Positions 5,704 to 12,488 of a stretch of 14,504 nt of DNA are shown piece after piece; positions within the stretch are counted from its first letter, which is position 1, and every line of letters begins with the position of its first letter. The position numbers and the translations under genes are program-made. This DNA comes from Escherichia phage Bf23. The notes under the pieces are model-generated. The model was not told the origin of the DNA. It worked only from the letters and a program-made list of their open reading frames with translations, and searched no databases. Where the stretch lies: sequence record NC_042564.1; one strand, 5' to 3'.

Positions 5704-5824
5704 CATTCTAGGCAGGATTCGAACCTGCTATCACTTGTGCGGACTTACGAGAACCATTCTTTCACTCGAATCGAACGAGCTTCTGCCCTAGCCAAGCTGG
5801 TTTCCCCATCAACCACGCTAGAAT
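5704..5824 (-). ncRNA. composite tRNA-like element with two T-arm motifs (disrupted or expanded tRNA?)
   Basis: perfect T-arm gcagg/attcgaa/cctgc (5712-5728) and perfect 7-bp acceptor-like pairing attctag(5705-5711)/ctagaat(5818-5824), but 121 nt long with a second T-arm-like ctcg/aatcgaa/cgag (5765-5779) and no canonical anticodon arm. Confidence 0.3.
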
Positions 5825-5946
5825 GTTTGATTGTTTTCAGTGCAAGAGTCCGAGTCTTGGACACGACCGCTTCGCAAGTACATAGGCAGCTTATCATGAG
5901 TCAGCACTTCCGAATTGCTAGCTCCGTGTTCTGCACTGAAATTTTA

Positions 5947-6294
5947 TTAGTTTAACCGGAAAGTATTATCTACTTCACCATTAATTGTTCGGCATTCCTC
6001 TGGGATTGTCGGAGTGGCCTTGTATTCCCACCACTCAGCACCGTCATACTCCCCACGTTCTAGCCAAGTTCCATCGGCAAACCATACATTACCATAAAGT
6101 AATTGTCCACCGTATCCAGAATCATATTCAAAGTCTAGGTTATTAAGAAAATCCTCAATATCTTCTTCTGTATAGCCTAAAGGTAGTACCCAAACTTTTT
6201 TATCCCCATAATACCCGAATTCTATTTTAATACACTTAACTTCAGAATTAGTATTTTTTAAGGCAAGTAACAACTCTTCTTTGGCATTACGCAT
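5947..6294 (-). CDS. hypothetical protein, 115 aa
   Basis: ORF track; ATG at 6292-6294; Trp/Tyr/Gly-rich; weak SD. Confidence 0.55.
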   Translation of the reverse strand: MRNAKEELLLALKNTNSEVKCIKIEFGYYGDKKVWVLPLGYTEEDIEDFLNNLDFEYDSGYGGQLLYGNVWFADGTWLERGEYDGAEWWEYKATPTIPEECRTINGEVDNTFRLN

Positions 6295-6319
6295 AGTATA
6301 TTCTCATACTGAATTATTT

Positions 6320-6396
6320 TGGCGCGACCGATGGGATTTGAACCCACATTCTCTCCCGTGACAGGGGAGTACCATTACCAAGCCAGCCCCGGTCGC
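6320..6396 (-). tRNA. tRNA-Asp (anticodon GTC)
   Basis: encoded CCA, G73, T-arm atggg/atttgaa/cccac, perfect anticodon stem ctccc/gggag with loop CTGTCAC, perfect acceptor 6324-6330/6390-6396. Confidence 0.75.
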
Positions 6397-6405
6397 ATAA
6401 TTTAT

Positions 6406-6591
6406 TTACTCAGCTTTGAGTTTTTCAATAGCTGCATTAAGTTCTTTAAGAAACTCTTTTCGTACATTAAGACGATTGAGACTTACTAGTATATCATGTT
6501 TAAGTTCTTCGATGTATTTCTTCTCAACTTCAATATTGTTGATAGTGCTATCACGATGAACCTCTAGCTGTGCAATTACGTTCTTAGACAT
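6406..6591 (-). CDS. hypothetical coiled-coil protein, 61 aa
   Basis: ORF track; ATG with GAGGAAA SD. Confidence 0.5.
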   Translation of the reverse strand: MSKNVIAQLEVHRDSTINNIEVEKKYIEELKHDILVSLNRLNVRKEFLKELNAAIEKLKAE

Positions 6592-6694
6592 ACTTATTTC
6601 CTCAGTTATTAATGAAAATGGTATCTGTGGCTGAATTCGATGTCAGCAATGATAGCTGGTTTGGCTACCGGTTTACTTAACTCTACACAGAATT

Positions 6695-6772
6695 TGGCGG
6701 TTCCTGCTGGATTCGAACCAGCAACCCTCAACTTAACAAGATGCCGCTCTAACCAATTAGAGCTAAGGAACC
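6695..6772 (-). tRNA. tRNA-Asn (anticodon GTT), tentative
   Basis: encoded CCA, perfect T-arm gctgg/attcgaa/ccagc, perfect acceptor 6699-6705/6766-6772, D-arm GCTC/GAGC, anticodon loop TTGTTAA but two mismatches in anticodon stem. Confidence 0.5.
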
Positions 6773-7267
6773 ATATAAGTCAGAACTAGAGTTAATACGT
6801 TCTAGATATTTACTAAGATCTCTAGAATTTATACTAAACCACTCATGTTCTTTTAAATCTTTGAAATACTGGTGAATTAGTTTTTCACCTTTTCGTTTGT
6901 CAAACCAAAAAGACCAATGCTCTAACTTATAATCCCTATAAGGGGAATAAGTCTGATATTGAGCTAATCTCTCTTTTGGATTTTGACTCATGCCTATTTT
7001 ATACTGATTTTTCCATGCAGGATTACTAATACAGTATACAAAACCTTCAGAAATAGGAAGTTTATTTTCCTGCTTAAACTTTATAAAGGAAAGTGCAGCA
7101 AGTTTTCTCGAATACATAGTATTTGTATTCTTTTTGGTATTACCATTGGTTCCTGAAAGATTTATATATTCTTCCATAAATCTTTGGATTAGTTCTGCAG
7201 TTATATAGAAGGGCTCATTAGTAACAACGCCTTTCTTTACCAAACTATCAAAAACTTTTGTATGCAC
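6749..7267 (-). CDS. T5orf172-family (GIY-YIG-like) domain protein, 172 aa; paralog of 4478-4951
   Basis: ORF track; GTG start with AAGGAAAGG SD; motif GFVYCISNPAWKNQYKIGMSQNPKERLAQYQTYSPYRDYKL; 3' end overlaps 5' end of tRNA 6695-6772; the T5orf172 domain is, as I recall, named after a 172-aa ORF of phage T5. Confidence 0.8.
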   Translation of the reverse strand: MHTKVFDSLVKKGVVTNEPFYITAELIQRFMEEYINLSGTNGNTKKNTNTMYSRKLAALSFIKFKQENKLPISEGFVYCISNPAWKNQYKIGMSQNPKERLAQYQTYSPYRDYKLEHWSFWFDKRKGEKLIHQYFKDLKEHEWFSINSRDLSKYLERINSSSDLYGSLALIG

Positions 7268-7288
7268 TACGCCTTTCCTTTAGTAATT

Positions 7289-7364
7289 TGGACGACCGCA
7301 TGAGATTTGAACTCACATAAAAAGGATTTGCAATCCTTCGCCTAAGCCATTCAGCCAACGGTCG
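7289..7364 (-). tRNA. tRNA-Cys (anticodon GCA)
   Basis: encoded CCA, T-arm atgag/atttgaa/ctcac, perfect anticodon stem aagga/tcctt with loop TTGCAAA, acceptor with one G-U. Confidence 0.75.
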
Positions 7365-7542
7365 ATTTATCTTGTTTTTCGAGATCTTCAAATTCTAAAT
7401 CATTGAAGTTCCCTAGAGTACGGGAGTAGAACCCGTCTCCTGCGTCATAGCCTGATTTGCCACAATCACACATTTTAAATTCACGAAGATGTGTAAAAAC
7501 ATGTTCAGAACCACAACACTTAAATCTAACTAATCGTTTCAT
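7351..7542 (-). CDS. hypothetical Cys-rich (zinc-finger-like) protein, 63 aa
   Basis: ORF track; ATG with GGAGAAG SD; KCCGSEH ... CDCG; 3' end overlaps 5' end of tRNA-Cys by about 14 nt. Confidence 0.5.
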   Translation of the reverse strand: MKRLVRFKCCGSEHVFTHLREFKMCDCGKSGYDAGDGFYSRTLGNFNDLEFEDLEKQDKSTVG

Positions 7543-7570
7543 TAGCTTCTCCAGTTCAATTTATGTAATT

Positions 7571-7599
7571 ATTATATAGAACTTTTGGAAACTAAGCAA
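7571..7599 (-). promoter_or_regulatory. sigma70 promoter (T5 early-promoter-like)
   Basis: minus strand TTGCTT (revcomp 7594-7599) - 17 nt - TATAAT (revcomp 7571-7576), A-run upstream. Confidence 0.7.
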
Positions 7600-7870
7600 C
7601 TACATTTTTTAAGAATTTGATGCCTTTCTTTTTCTTCTTATATTTCCACGTTAATGGATTTTGTCGATTATGAACGCTTGAGATCTTTGTCTCGTCAAAG
7701 TTCTTCAATATCATGTAATCACAGGATAATTGTTTTAGTGGAATGTGATCCCCGTCAAAAGCGTATACATAAGGCTGTTGACTAGCACGATAATGATAGA
7801 CTTTGTTAATTCTACGTTTCAGCGACTTATCCGCACAGTAAATAAAGAAGTTTTCAGGATGCACTAGCAT
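7592..7870 (-). CDS. hypothetical protein (about 90 aa); start codon ambiguous
   Basis: ORF track 7592-7879 begins with TTG lacking SD; in-frame ATG at 7868-7870 abuts an AAGGAG SD, GTG at 7862-7864 has 6-nt spacing; C-terminus reads through the promoter A-tract. Confidence 0.4.
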   Translation of the reverse strand: MLVHPENFFIYCADKSLKRRINKVYHYRASQQPYVYAFDGDHIPLKQLSCDYMILKNFDETKISSVHNRQNPLTWKYKKKKKGIKFLKNVVA

Positions 7871-7881
7871 CTCCTTCAATT

Positions 7882-7956
7882 TGGTGCACCCTGTTCGAAT
7901 TGAACGAACCTCTCAAGCTCTTCAGGCAAGCGCTAATCCATCTCAGCTAAAGGTGC
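7882..7956 (-). tRNA. tRNA, tentative Phe (anticodon GAA); weak stems
   Basis: encoded CCA, perfect T-arm gttcg/aattgaa/cgaac, acceptor 7886-7892/7950-7956 with one G-U, anticodon loop CTGAAGA but two U-U mismatches in stem and only a 3-bp D-stem. Confidence 0.4.
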
Positions 7957-7962
7957 AAATTT

Positions 7963-8033
7963 TGGCAGGGGTAAAGGTATTCGAAACCTTTTCATGGGTT
8001 TTGTAGGCCCATTTGCAACCTATGCGTACCCCA
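7963..8033 (-). tRNA. tRNA-like gene (71 nt) with 9-nt anticodon loop; isotype undetermined
   Basis: encoded CCA, perfect T-arm aaggt/attcgaa/acctt, acceptor with unpaired 1-72, perfect 5-bp stem ATGGG/CCCAT closing a 9-nt loop CCTACAAAA; short D region. Confidence 0.35.
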
Positions 8034-8042
8034 ATTGTTAAT

Positions 8043-8119
8043 TGGCGTCCTGTGCGGGGATCGAACCCGCAAACCCTACCTTGAAAGGGTAGTGACTTTA
8101 CCCGTTTGTCTAACAGGAC
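8043..8119 (-). tRNA. tRNA-Glu (anticodon TTC)
   Basis: encoded CCA, perfect T-arm gcggg/gatcgaa/cccgc, perfect anticodon stem ctacc/ggtag with loop CTTTCAA, perfect acceptor 8047-8053/8113-8119. Confidence 0.8.
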
Positions 8120-8125
8120 TTAAAT

Positions 8126-8213
8126 TGGTAGGGGAGGATGGAGTCGAACCACCCGAGTCGCAATGACAACTAATTTACAGTCAGCTCTGCTACCACTTAC
8201 AGAATACTCCCCC
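8126..8213 (-). tRNA. tRNA-Tyr (anticodon GTA)
   Basis: 88 nt class II, encoded CCA, A73, T-arm gatgg/agtcgaa/ccacc, acceptor 8130-8136/8207-8213 with one G-U, anticodon loop CTGTAAA with two G-U pairs in stem. Confidence 0.55.
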
Positions 8214-8338
8214 ATATTTGAATGAAAAGTAAGTCGGTTAAACTCAAGGTGGAATATTTCAGGATTTCCTGACTTTACCCCTCAAAGCAGCTCGCTTAGT
8301 TACTTCTCATTCAGATATGTTTTCCAAATTAGATAACT

Positions 8339-8367
8339 ATTATACCAAGTTTTAGGGCACTGAGCAA
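8339..8367 (-). promoter_or_regulatory. sigma70 promoter (T5 early-promoter-like)
   Basis: minus strand TTGCTC (revcomp 8362-8367) - 17 nt - TATAAT (revcomp 8339-8344); -35 lies inside the 8358-8396 inverted repeat. Confidence 0.6.
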
Positions 8368-8396
8368 GTCAGATTTTGAAGAACTTGCTCAGTGCT
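8358..8396. repeat. 12-bp perfect inverted repeat (hairpin) downstream of CDS 8404-8679, overlapping promoter -35
   Basis: gcactgagcaag ... cttgctcagtgc with 15-nt loop; no clear U-run on either strand, so a terminator role is uncertain (possible processing or regulatory site). Confidence 0.5.
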
Positions 8397-8403
8397 GTAT
8401 TAG

Positions 8404-8679
8404 TTAGTCGAACTTAGGAGTGACAGCTAAGGAAAACGGAAGTTCAAAAATTTCTTCGCCCTCATTACTAACGGTAACTACACGACCTTTAAGTTCAGAC
8501 ATTGAAATATCAATATCAGCTTTTGCATCTGGAGCCATGCCAGCTTCAATACACTTAGCTTTAACTTCCGGTAAAAGCTCTACATTATAGAGATAGAGCC
8601 ACTCAATCTCACCTTCCCAGTCTTCCCAGGATTTACAGATTGCACTTTCAATACCAGTTGCTACAACACGATTTTGCAT
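8404..8679 (-). CDS. hypothetical acidic protein, 91 aa
   Basis: ORF track; ATG at 8677-8679 with GAAGGAG SD 7 nt upstream. Confidence 0.6.
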   Translation of the reverse strand: MQNRVVATGIESAICKSWEDWEGEIEWLYLYNVELLPEVKAKCIEAGMAPDAKADIDISMSELKGRVVTVSNEGEEIFELPFSLAVTPKFD

Positions 8680-8709
8680 TAGTTAACTCCTTCATCAATT
8701 TATATAACT

Positions 8710-8739
8710 ATTATATCAGAAATTTAAAGCAAAAGGCAA
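8710..8739 (-). promoter_or_regulatory. sigma70 promoter (T5 early-promoter-like, weaker -35)
   Basis: minus strand TTGCCT (revcomp 8734-8739) - 18 nt - TATAAT (revcomp 8710-8715); A-run upstream. Confidence 0.55.
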
Positions 8740-8769
8740 GTACATTTTTAAAAATTCTATTCGGAGGAG

Positions 8770-8976
8770 CTAAACTCCAGATTCTTCGGCCAAGTCTAGG
8801 CTAATAAGAGTTATAGCCATAATTGCTGCACCGTGTTCTTTTTCTCCGGTGTTTTTAGCAGAGTCTATAATATCCTTAATCTGCTCGTAATAACTTTTTA
8901 CTTCTTGTTCAATGCCCGCCTCGGCTATCATGCCTTTAGTCATGAGTCGTTGCATGGTAATTTCAGGATTAGCCAT
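8770..8976 (-). CDS. hypothetical protein, 68 aa
   Basis: ORF track; ATG at 8974-8976 with GGAGAAA SD. Confidence 0.5.
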   Translation of the reverse strand: MANPEITMQRLMTKGMIAEAGIEQEVKSYYEQIKDIIDSAKNTGEKEHGAAIMAITLISLDLAEESGV

Positions 8977-9136
8977 GTTGTTTCTCCAGTTTCATTTTTA
9001 ATAGTTTACAAATGAAGTCAATATCTTCATCTGTGCCTAAGTCTCTATCCTCAAGGGTCGCCTTGAAGTTTTTCGTCAATTCCATGAGGATGACCTCTCT
9101 AGAACGACGTGTTGGTGGCGGAGGAGGTCTATACAT
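8969..9136 (-). CDS. possible small ORF (55 aa, or 38 aa from an internal ATG)
   Basis: ATG at 9134-9136 with AAGGAA SD; stop overlaps start of 8770-8976 (ATGGCTAA); Pro-rich N-terminus makes the longer form doubtful. Confidence 0.3.
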   Translation of the reverse strand: MYRPPPPPTRRSREVILMELTKNFKATLEDRDLGTDEDIDFICKLLKMKLEKQHG

Positions 9137-9165
9137 CTTAATTCCTTAATTTGGTAGGGGTTATA

Positions 9166-9849
9166 TCATCTATTTTTCTTAATACTTTTAGGATCTTTCC
9201 CTGTTAGGGACTTATACCTTTTCCTTAATCCAGTATCAGACAATCCTAGTTCTTTGGAGGCACGAATCCAGGAATATTTAGATACCCAGTACTCTATTTG
9301 CTCCACAGTAATATCTGGATTTATAGTTATCTCTTTAGGAGTACATGATTTACAGTGTGTTGCTCTTGAGCTAATTTCGCAGTGACAAATAGCACACGTA
9401 TTTACAGTCCTTTCTGTATACCTGCCAATATTTTTGCCTGCATGAGTAGGTGTTAGTGCATGGCAATTTGGGCATAGGAGGGCTAAGTTATCCCATTCAT
9501 TATTATAGTGATTTCCATCCTTATGTTCAAGTTCTAAAGGAATTGGTTTATCTAACCAACTTTCTAAGCCACAACTCTCACATTTATGTGGTTTTAGCCC
9601 CTCGTTAAGAATTTTATTCTTTAGTTTATAGGAAGAAATAGGGCTGCCGTTATATAAATACTCTGTTGCAGACTTATATTTATTATCATACTGCCTATTC
9701 GCAGGGATAACTACTATTCCTAGTTTTCCTAAATATGCTTCCAAAGTGTTCGAGGAGCAGGATAGCATTCTTGCTATCTCTGCTTTAGATTTTCCCTGAG
9801 CTATCCACTGAGCTATTTCTTCCTTTCTATCTAGTATATCAGTTCTCAT
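9166..9849 (-). CDS. HNH homing endonuclease with HTH-like regions and an extra Cys/His cluster, 227 aa
   Basis: ORF track; HNH motif CESCG ... LELEHKDGNHYNNEWDNLALLCPNCHA; additional CAICHC ... HCKSC; helix-turn-helix-like segments at both ends. Confidence 0.85.
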   Translation of the reverse strand: MRTDILDRKEEIAQWIAQGKSKAEIARMLSCSSNTLEAYLGKLGIVVIPANRQYDNKYKSATEYLYNGSPISSYKLKNKILNEGLKPHKCESCGLESWLDKPIPLELEHKDGNHYNNEWDNLALLCPNCHALTPTHAGKNIGRYTERTVNTCAICHCEISSRATHCKSCTPKEITINPDITVEQIEYWVSKYSWIRASKELGLSDTGLRKRYKSLTGKDPKSIKKNR

Positions 9850-9872
9850 AGTTTATGACTTTTTAATTAAGT

Positions 9873-9950
9873 TGGTGGCTCCCCGAGGATTCGAACCTAC
9901 GTACCTTCCAGTTATGAGCTGGGTGCTCATACCATATGAGCTTGAGAACC
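9873..9950 (-). tRNA. tRNA with anticodon CAT (Met, initiator or Ile2 type)
   Basis: encoded CCA, acceptor 9877-9883/9944-9950 with two G-U, D-arm gctc/gagc, anticodon loop CTCATAA; T-stem has only 3 good pairs. Confidence 0.5.
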
Positions 9951-9956
9951 AGAATT

Positions 9957-10045
9957 TGGCGGAAGAAGTGGGAATCGAACCCACAAGGCTATATTTCAAA
10001 CCGACAGATTAGCAATCTGCTGCAATACCGTTATGCTATTCTTCC
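9957..10045 (-). tRNA. tRNA-Ser (anticodon GCT)
   Basis: 89 nt class II, encoded CCA, G73, perfect T-arm gtggg/aatcgaa/cccac, perfect acceptor 9961-9967/10039-10045, anticodon loop TTGCTAA. Confidence 0.65.
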
Positions 10046-10059
10046 GAATTTATAAATAT

Positions 10060-10088
10060 ATTATATTAGAAATTTAGCTTCATAGCAA
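10060..10088 (-). promoter_or_regulatory. sigma70 promoter (T5 early-promoter-like), inside 3' end of CDS 10066-10584
   Basis: minus strand TTGCTA (revcomp 10083-10088) - 17 nt - TATAAT (revcomp 10060-10065); A-run upstream. Confidence 0.65.
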
Positions 10089-10584
10089 GAAAATTTTTCA
10101 AGTTTTCGGTAGACATCTCATCCACATCTACAGGGGAAACAAACCCATTTAACTGTCTAGCAAACTTTTCGCCAGCAGGATCATTATCCCCAACAGCTAC
10201 CAATTTAAAAGGTAGTAATTTCAATTGCTTTAATAGCGCTTTTCCTGGAGAAGAACCCAACATTGCCAGGGCTGGATAACCAGCGTTATGTAACGCAACT
10301 GCCTTAAATACAGATTCAGCAATCAATACTACTTTTTCATCTCCATTGAGAGTTTCTAGTCCCCATACACACTGTGTAGTAGAATAAGTAAAATATCTAG
10401 CCTCAAAGGGGCACTTACCATGACCTTTTGGAGCAGAAGGATTATAAGTCTGATAGCCTCTCAACATCCCAGAGAAGTCATACAATGGGACTGTTAGCCA
10501 TCCTTCCGGGCTTAACCAGCAATGATATTTATCTGTATCAAATCCTCTAGATAAGAGATGTTCTGTTAGTTCATCAACAGTCAT
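10066..10584 (-). CDS. Toprim-domain protein (DnaG/OLD/RNase M5-type fold), 172 aa
   Basis: ORF track 10066-10635; ATG at 10582-10584 has GAGAGAGGAA SD and lies downstream of the promoter start, whereas the ORF-track ATG at 10635 lies within the promoter; motifs VVLIAESVFKAVALHNAGYPALAMLGS and LVAVGDNDPAGEKF (conserved Glu and DxD). Confidence 0.7.
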   Translation of the reverse strand: MTVDELTEHLLSRGFDTDKYHCWLSPEGWLTVPLYDFSGMLRGYQTYNPSAPKGHGKCPFEARYFTYSTTQCVWGLETLNGDEKVVLIAESVFKAVALHNAGYPALAMLGSSPGKALLKQLKLLPFKLVAVGDNDPAGEKFARQLNGFVSPVDVDEMSTENLKNFLAMKLNF

Positions 10585-10614
10585 ATTAGATTCCTCTCTC
10601 AAATTTATAAATAT

Positions 10615-10643
10615 ATTATACAGAGAATTTAGCATTCAAGCAA
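10615..10643 (-). promoter_or_regulatory. sigma70 promoter closely resembling classic coliphage T5 early promoters
   Basis: minus strand reads aaaaaattcaaTTGCTTgaatgctaaattctctgTATAATatatttataaatttgagagaggaa; as I recall it, T5 PN25 shares TTGCTT -35, CTGTATAAT, and the initial transcribed motif ATAAATTTGAGAGAGGA. Confidence 0.8.
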
Positions 10644-10759
10644 TTGAATTTTTTAACTTTTTAGAGGAAAATCACAGGATGCTTAAGGGTAGCAGGTAAG
10701 TGGTCAGGACCGAAATTTGTGACCCCACTAAAAATCTGGGGGCAATTTTTAAAGACCCC

Positions 10760-10788
10760 TTGACATTTTAGCCGGGGTAGTATAAAGT
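10760..10788 (+). promoter_or_regulatory. putative sigma70 promoter of the plus-strand cassette (divergent from 10615-10643)
   Basis: perfect -35 TTGACA (10760-10765); -10 candidates TATAAA (spacer 15) or TAAAGT (spacer 17); about 60-nt leader before AGGAGG SD. Confidence 0.55.
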
Positions 10789-10850
10789 ATATGTTATGGA
10801 TGAGTGATCAAAGAGACACACATTTTCTATATACTAGGAGGTGTCAAAAA

Positions 10851-11831
10851 ATGACAGAAGAAGTAGCTAAGAGTCCTGAAACCGTCGCTAGCGTAGCAGC
10901 AGAACTGCATCGTCACGAGGAATCAGATAAGAAAAAGTGGGAGAACGTCAAAGCCTACGAAGAAGAACATCGTGTTCACGATGATAAAGATGAAGAAGAT
11001 GACGATGATGAACATTGTCATAAATATGGAAAACATAAAATGCAAGAACCAGTAAACGTATTTACTAACGGCTTCCCTGGCATGGGTGCATTCCCAGCTA
11101 ATGCAAGTGCTTTCGGTGGAGAAGGTATGGGCCTATTCGGAGCTATCCTAATCGGTGCTCTATTAACAGGCGGATTTGGTGGTTTTGGTGGTTTTGGTCG
11201 CGGTGCTGGTGTTGCCGCTGAAGGAACCGCTGTGGACGCGATCCTTTCTAACCAAGATACTGCAAGTATTCTAGCTGCAATCAATACTACTCGTACAGAA
11301 GCTAATCAGGGCACCGGGGCTGTTCTAAGCGCAGTAAACGGTGTGGGAGCTGCTCAAGCTGCTAGCACTCAGCAAGTTCTGACTACTATCTACGGTACAG
11401 GTGCTAATCTGTCAAACCAGATCTGTGCTGAAACTCGTAACGTTATTCAGGGTCAGTTCGATCTTTCTCGTCAGATGGATCAATCTTTCGCTGCTAACCA
11501 GATCGCACGTGCTCAAGATAAGTTTGACTCTGCTCAGATTGCTTTCCAGCAGTCTATTCAGACTAACAACCAGTTTGCCGCTGTTCAGGCTCAGATGTGT
11601 GCTAACCAGAATGCTATCGAACGTCAGCTTGCCGAATGTTGCTGTGAGCTTCAGACTGCGATCGCTGGTGTAACTACTGCACGTATCCAGGACGAACTGA
11701 ATGAATGCCGTCTGCGCGAAGCAATCGCTGCAGGTAGCGGTGCAAATGGTCAGGTAATCAACCAAATCGCTGTAAGTCTTGGTGCTATCACTCAGACTCT
11801 GGCTGGTCTGCAGGCTAAACTGCCGGCTTAA
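10851..11831 (+). CDS. hypothetical low-complexity protein, 326 aa: acidic His-rich N-terminus, Gly-rich hydrophobic segment, Gln/Ala-rich helical C-terminal region with Cys cluster (ECCCE)
   Basis: ATG at 10851 with AGGAGG SD 9 nt upstream (ORF-track start 10791 lies within the promoter/leader); GGFGGFGGFG segment; opposite-strand ORFs 11018-11284 and 11412-11894 look like antisense artefacts; codons look E. coli-optimal by eye. Confidence 0.7.
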   Translation: MTEEVAKSPETVASVAAELHRHEESDKKKWENVKAYEEEHRVHDDKDEEDDDDEHCHKYGKHKMQEPVNVFTNGFPGMGAFPANASAFGGEGMGLFGAILIGALLTGGFGGFGGFGRGAGVAAEGTAVDAILSNQDTASILAAINTTRTEANQGTGAVLSAVNGVGAAQAASTQQVLTTIYGTGANLSNQICAETRNVIQGQFDLSRQMDQSFAANQIARAQDKFDSAQIAFQQSIQTNNQFAAVQAQMCANQNAIERQLAECCCELQTAIAGVTTARIQDELNECRLREAIAAGSGANGQVINQIAVSLGAITQTLAGLQAKLPA

Positions 11832-11852
11832 AATTAAGGGGAGGAGCCCATT

Positions 11853-12269
11853 ATGAGTAAATATGGTTTTGTAAACAACGGATTTAATCAACAAATGGGC
11901 TCCCAGCAGCCCGTTCCTGGTCTGGATAATCCTTACCTACAACAGTTGCAACAGCATTTAGCAGAAGCGCAACAGATGCAGCAACAACTCCAGCAAAACC
12001 CTGGAAGTGTGAGTCCTATGCAAATGATGCAGCAAATGAGCGGGCAGTCGCAAATGCCTCAACAAATGCAGCAACAGGTGCCTCAGCAGCAAGTTCAGCA
12101 ACAAACCCAACAACCGCAGGTTTCTGCGGAAGGACAGGCAGTACTAGCCCTTTTCGAAGATTTCGCAAAGACAGAGGATGGGAAACAGCTTGTATCACTT
12201 ATGGGTAAGTTTAATAGCTTCTGCCAAAGCCAAGTTGCAAAAGCTCAAAATGGTGGTAATAACTCCTAA
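11853..12269 (+). CDS. hypothetical Gln-rich (prion-like composition) protein, 138 aa
   Basis: ORF track; ATG with GGGGAGGAG SD; 21 nt after the stop of the upstream gene; long Q/M/P-rich tract then short structured C-terminus. Confidence 0.65.
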   Translation: MSKYGFVNNGFNQQMGSQQPVPGLDNPYLQQLQQHLAEAQQMQQQLQQNPGSVSPMQMMQQMSGQSQMPQQMQQQVPQQQVQQQTQQPQVSAEGQAVLALFEDFAKTEDGKQLVSLMGKFNSFCQSQVAKAQNGGNNS

Positions 12270-12278
12270 GGAGGAATT

Positions 12279-12473
12279 ATGTGTTGCAGAAAATCTGTTT
12301 CGTGCTGCCCAATGCCTGTAGCACGTTGTTGCTCTCCAGCAATGTTTACACAAATACCGGCGTTCAATCCCTTTGCCTTTAAGCCTACTCTTATCCTGCC
12401 CCCTAGAGTAGATTTTCAGTCAAGATTGGCCTCCCGTATGGGTGGTTGCTGTAATAAGAGTATATGGTTCTAA
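12279..12473 (+). CDS. hypothetical Cys-rich small protein, 64 aa (four CC doublets)
   Basis: ORF track; ATG with AAGGAGG SD that overlaps the TAA stop of the upstream gene; followed by rho-independent terminator. Confidence 0.55.
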   Translation: MCCRKSVSCCPMPVARCCSPAMFTQIPAFNPFAFKPTLILPPRVDFQSRLASRMGGCCNKSIWF

Positions 12474-12488
12474 AGAACCAAACAATAA

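Noticed and set aside
5521-5955. ORFs 5521-5706 (minus) and 5554-5955 (plus) from the ORF track
   Set aside because: Both overlap tRNA-Gly 5621-5694 and the composite tRNA-like element; no RBS; composition looks like translated RNA genes.
8833-9015. Plus-strand ORF (60 aa)
   Set aside because: Antisense to well-supported minus-strand CDS 8770-8976 and lacks a promoter.
10585-10635. Longer N-terminus of the Toprim ORF starting at 10635
   Set aside because: That ATG lies inside the promoter 10615-10643, upstream of the predicted transcription start; ATG 10582-10584 has a strong SD.
11018-12198. Minus-strand ORFs 11018-11284, 11412-11894, 12016-12198 and plus-strand ORF 11401-11673
   Set aside because: Lie inside or antisense to the plus-strand cassette genes, which have strong SDs, a promoter and a terminator; Ser/Leu- or Pro-rich compositions are typical antisense artefacts of Gln/Ala/Gly-rich genes.
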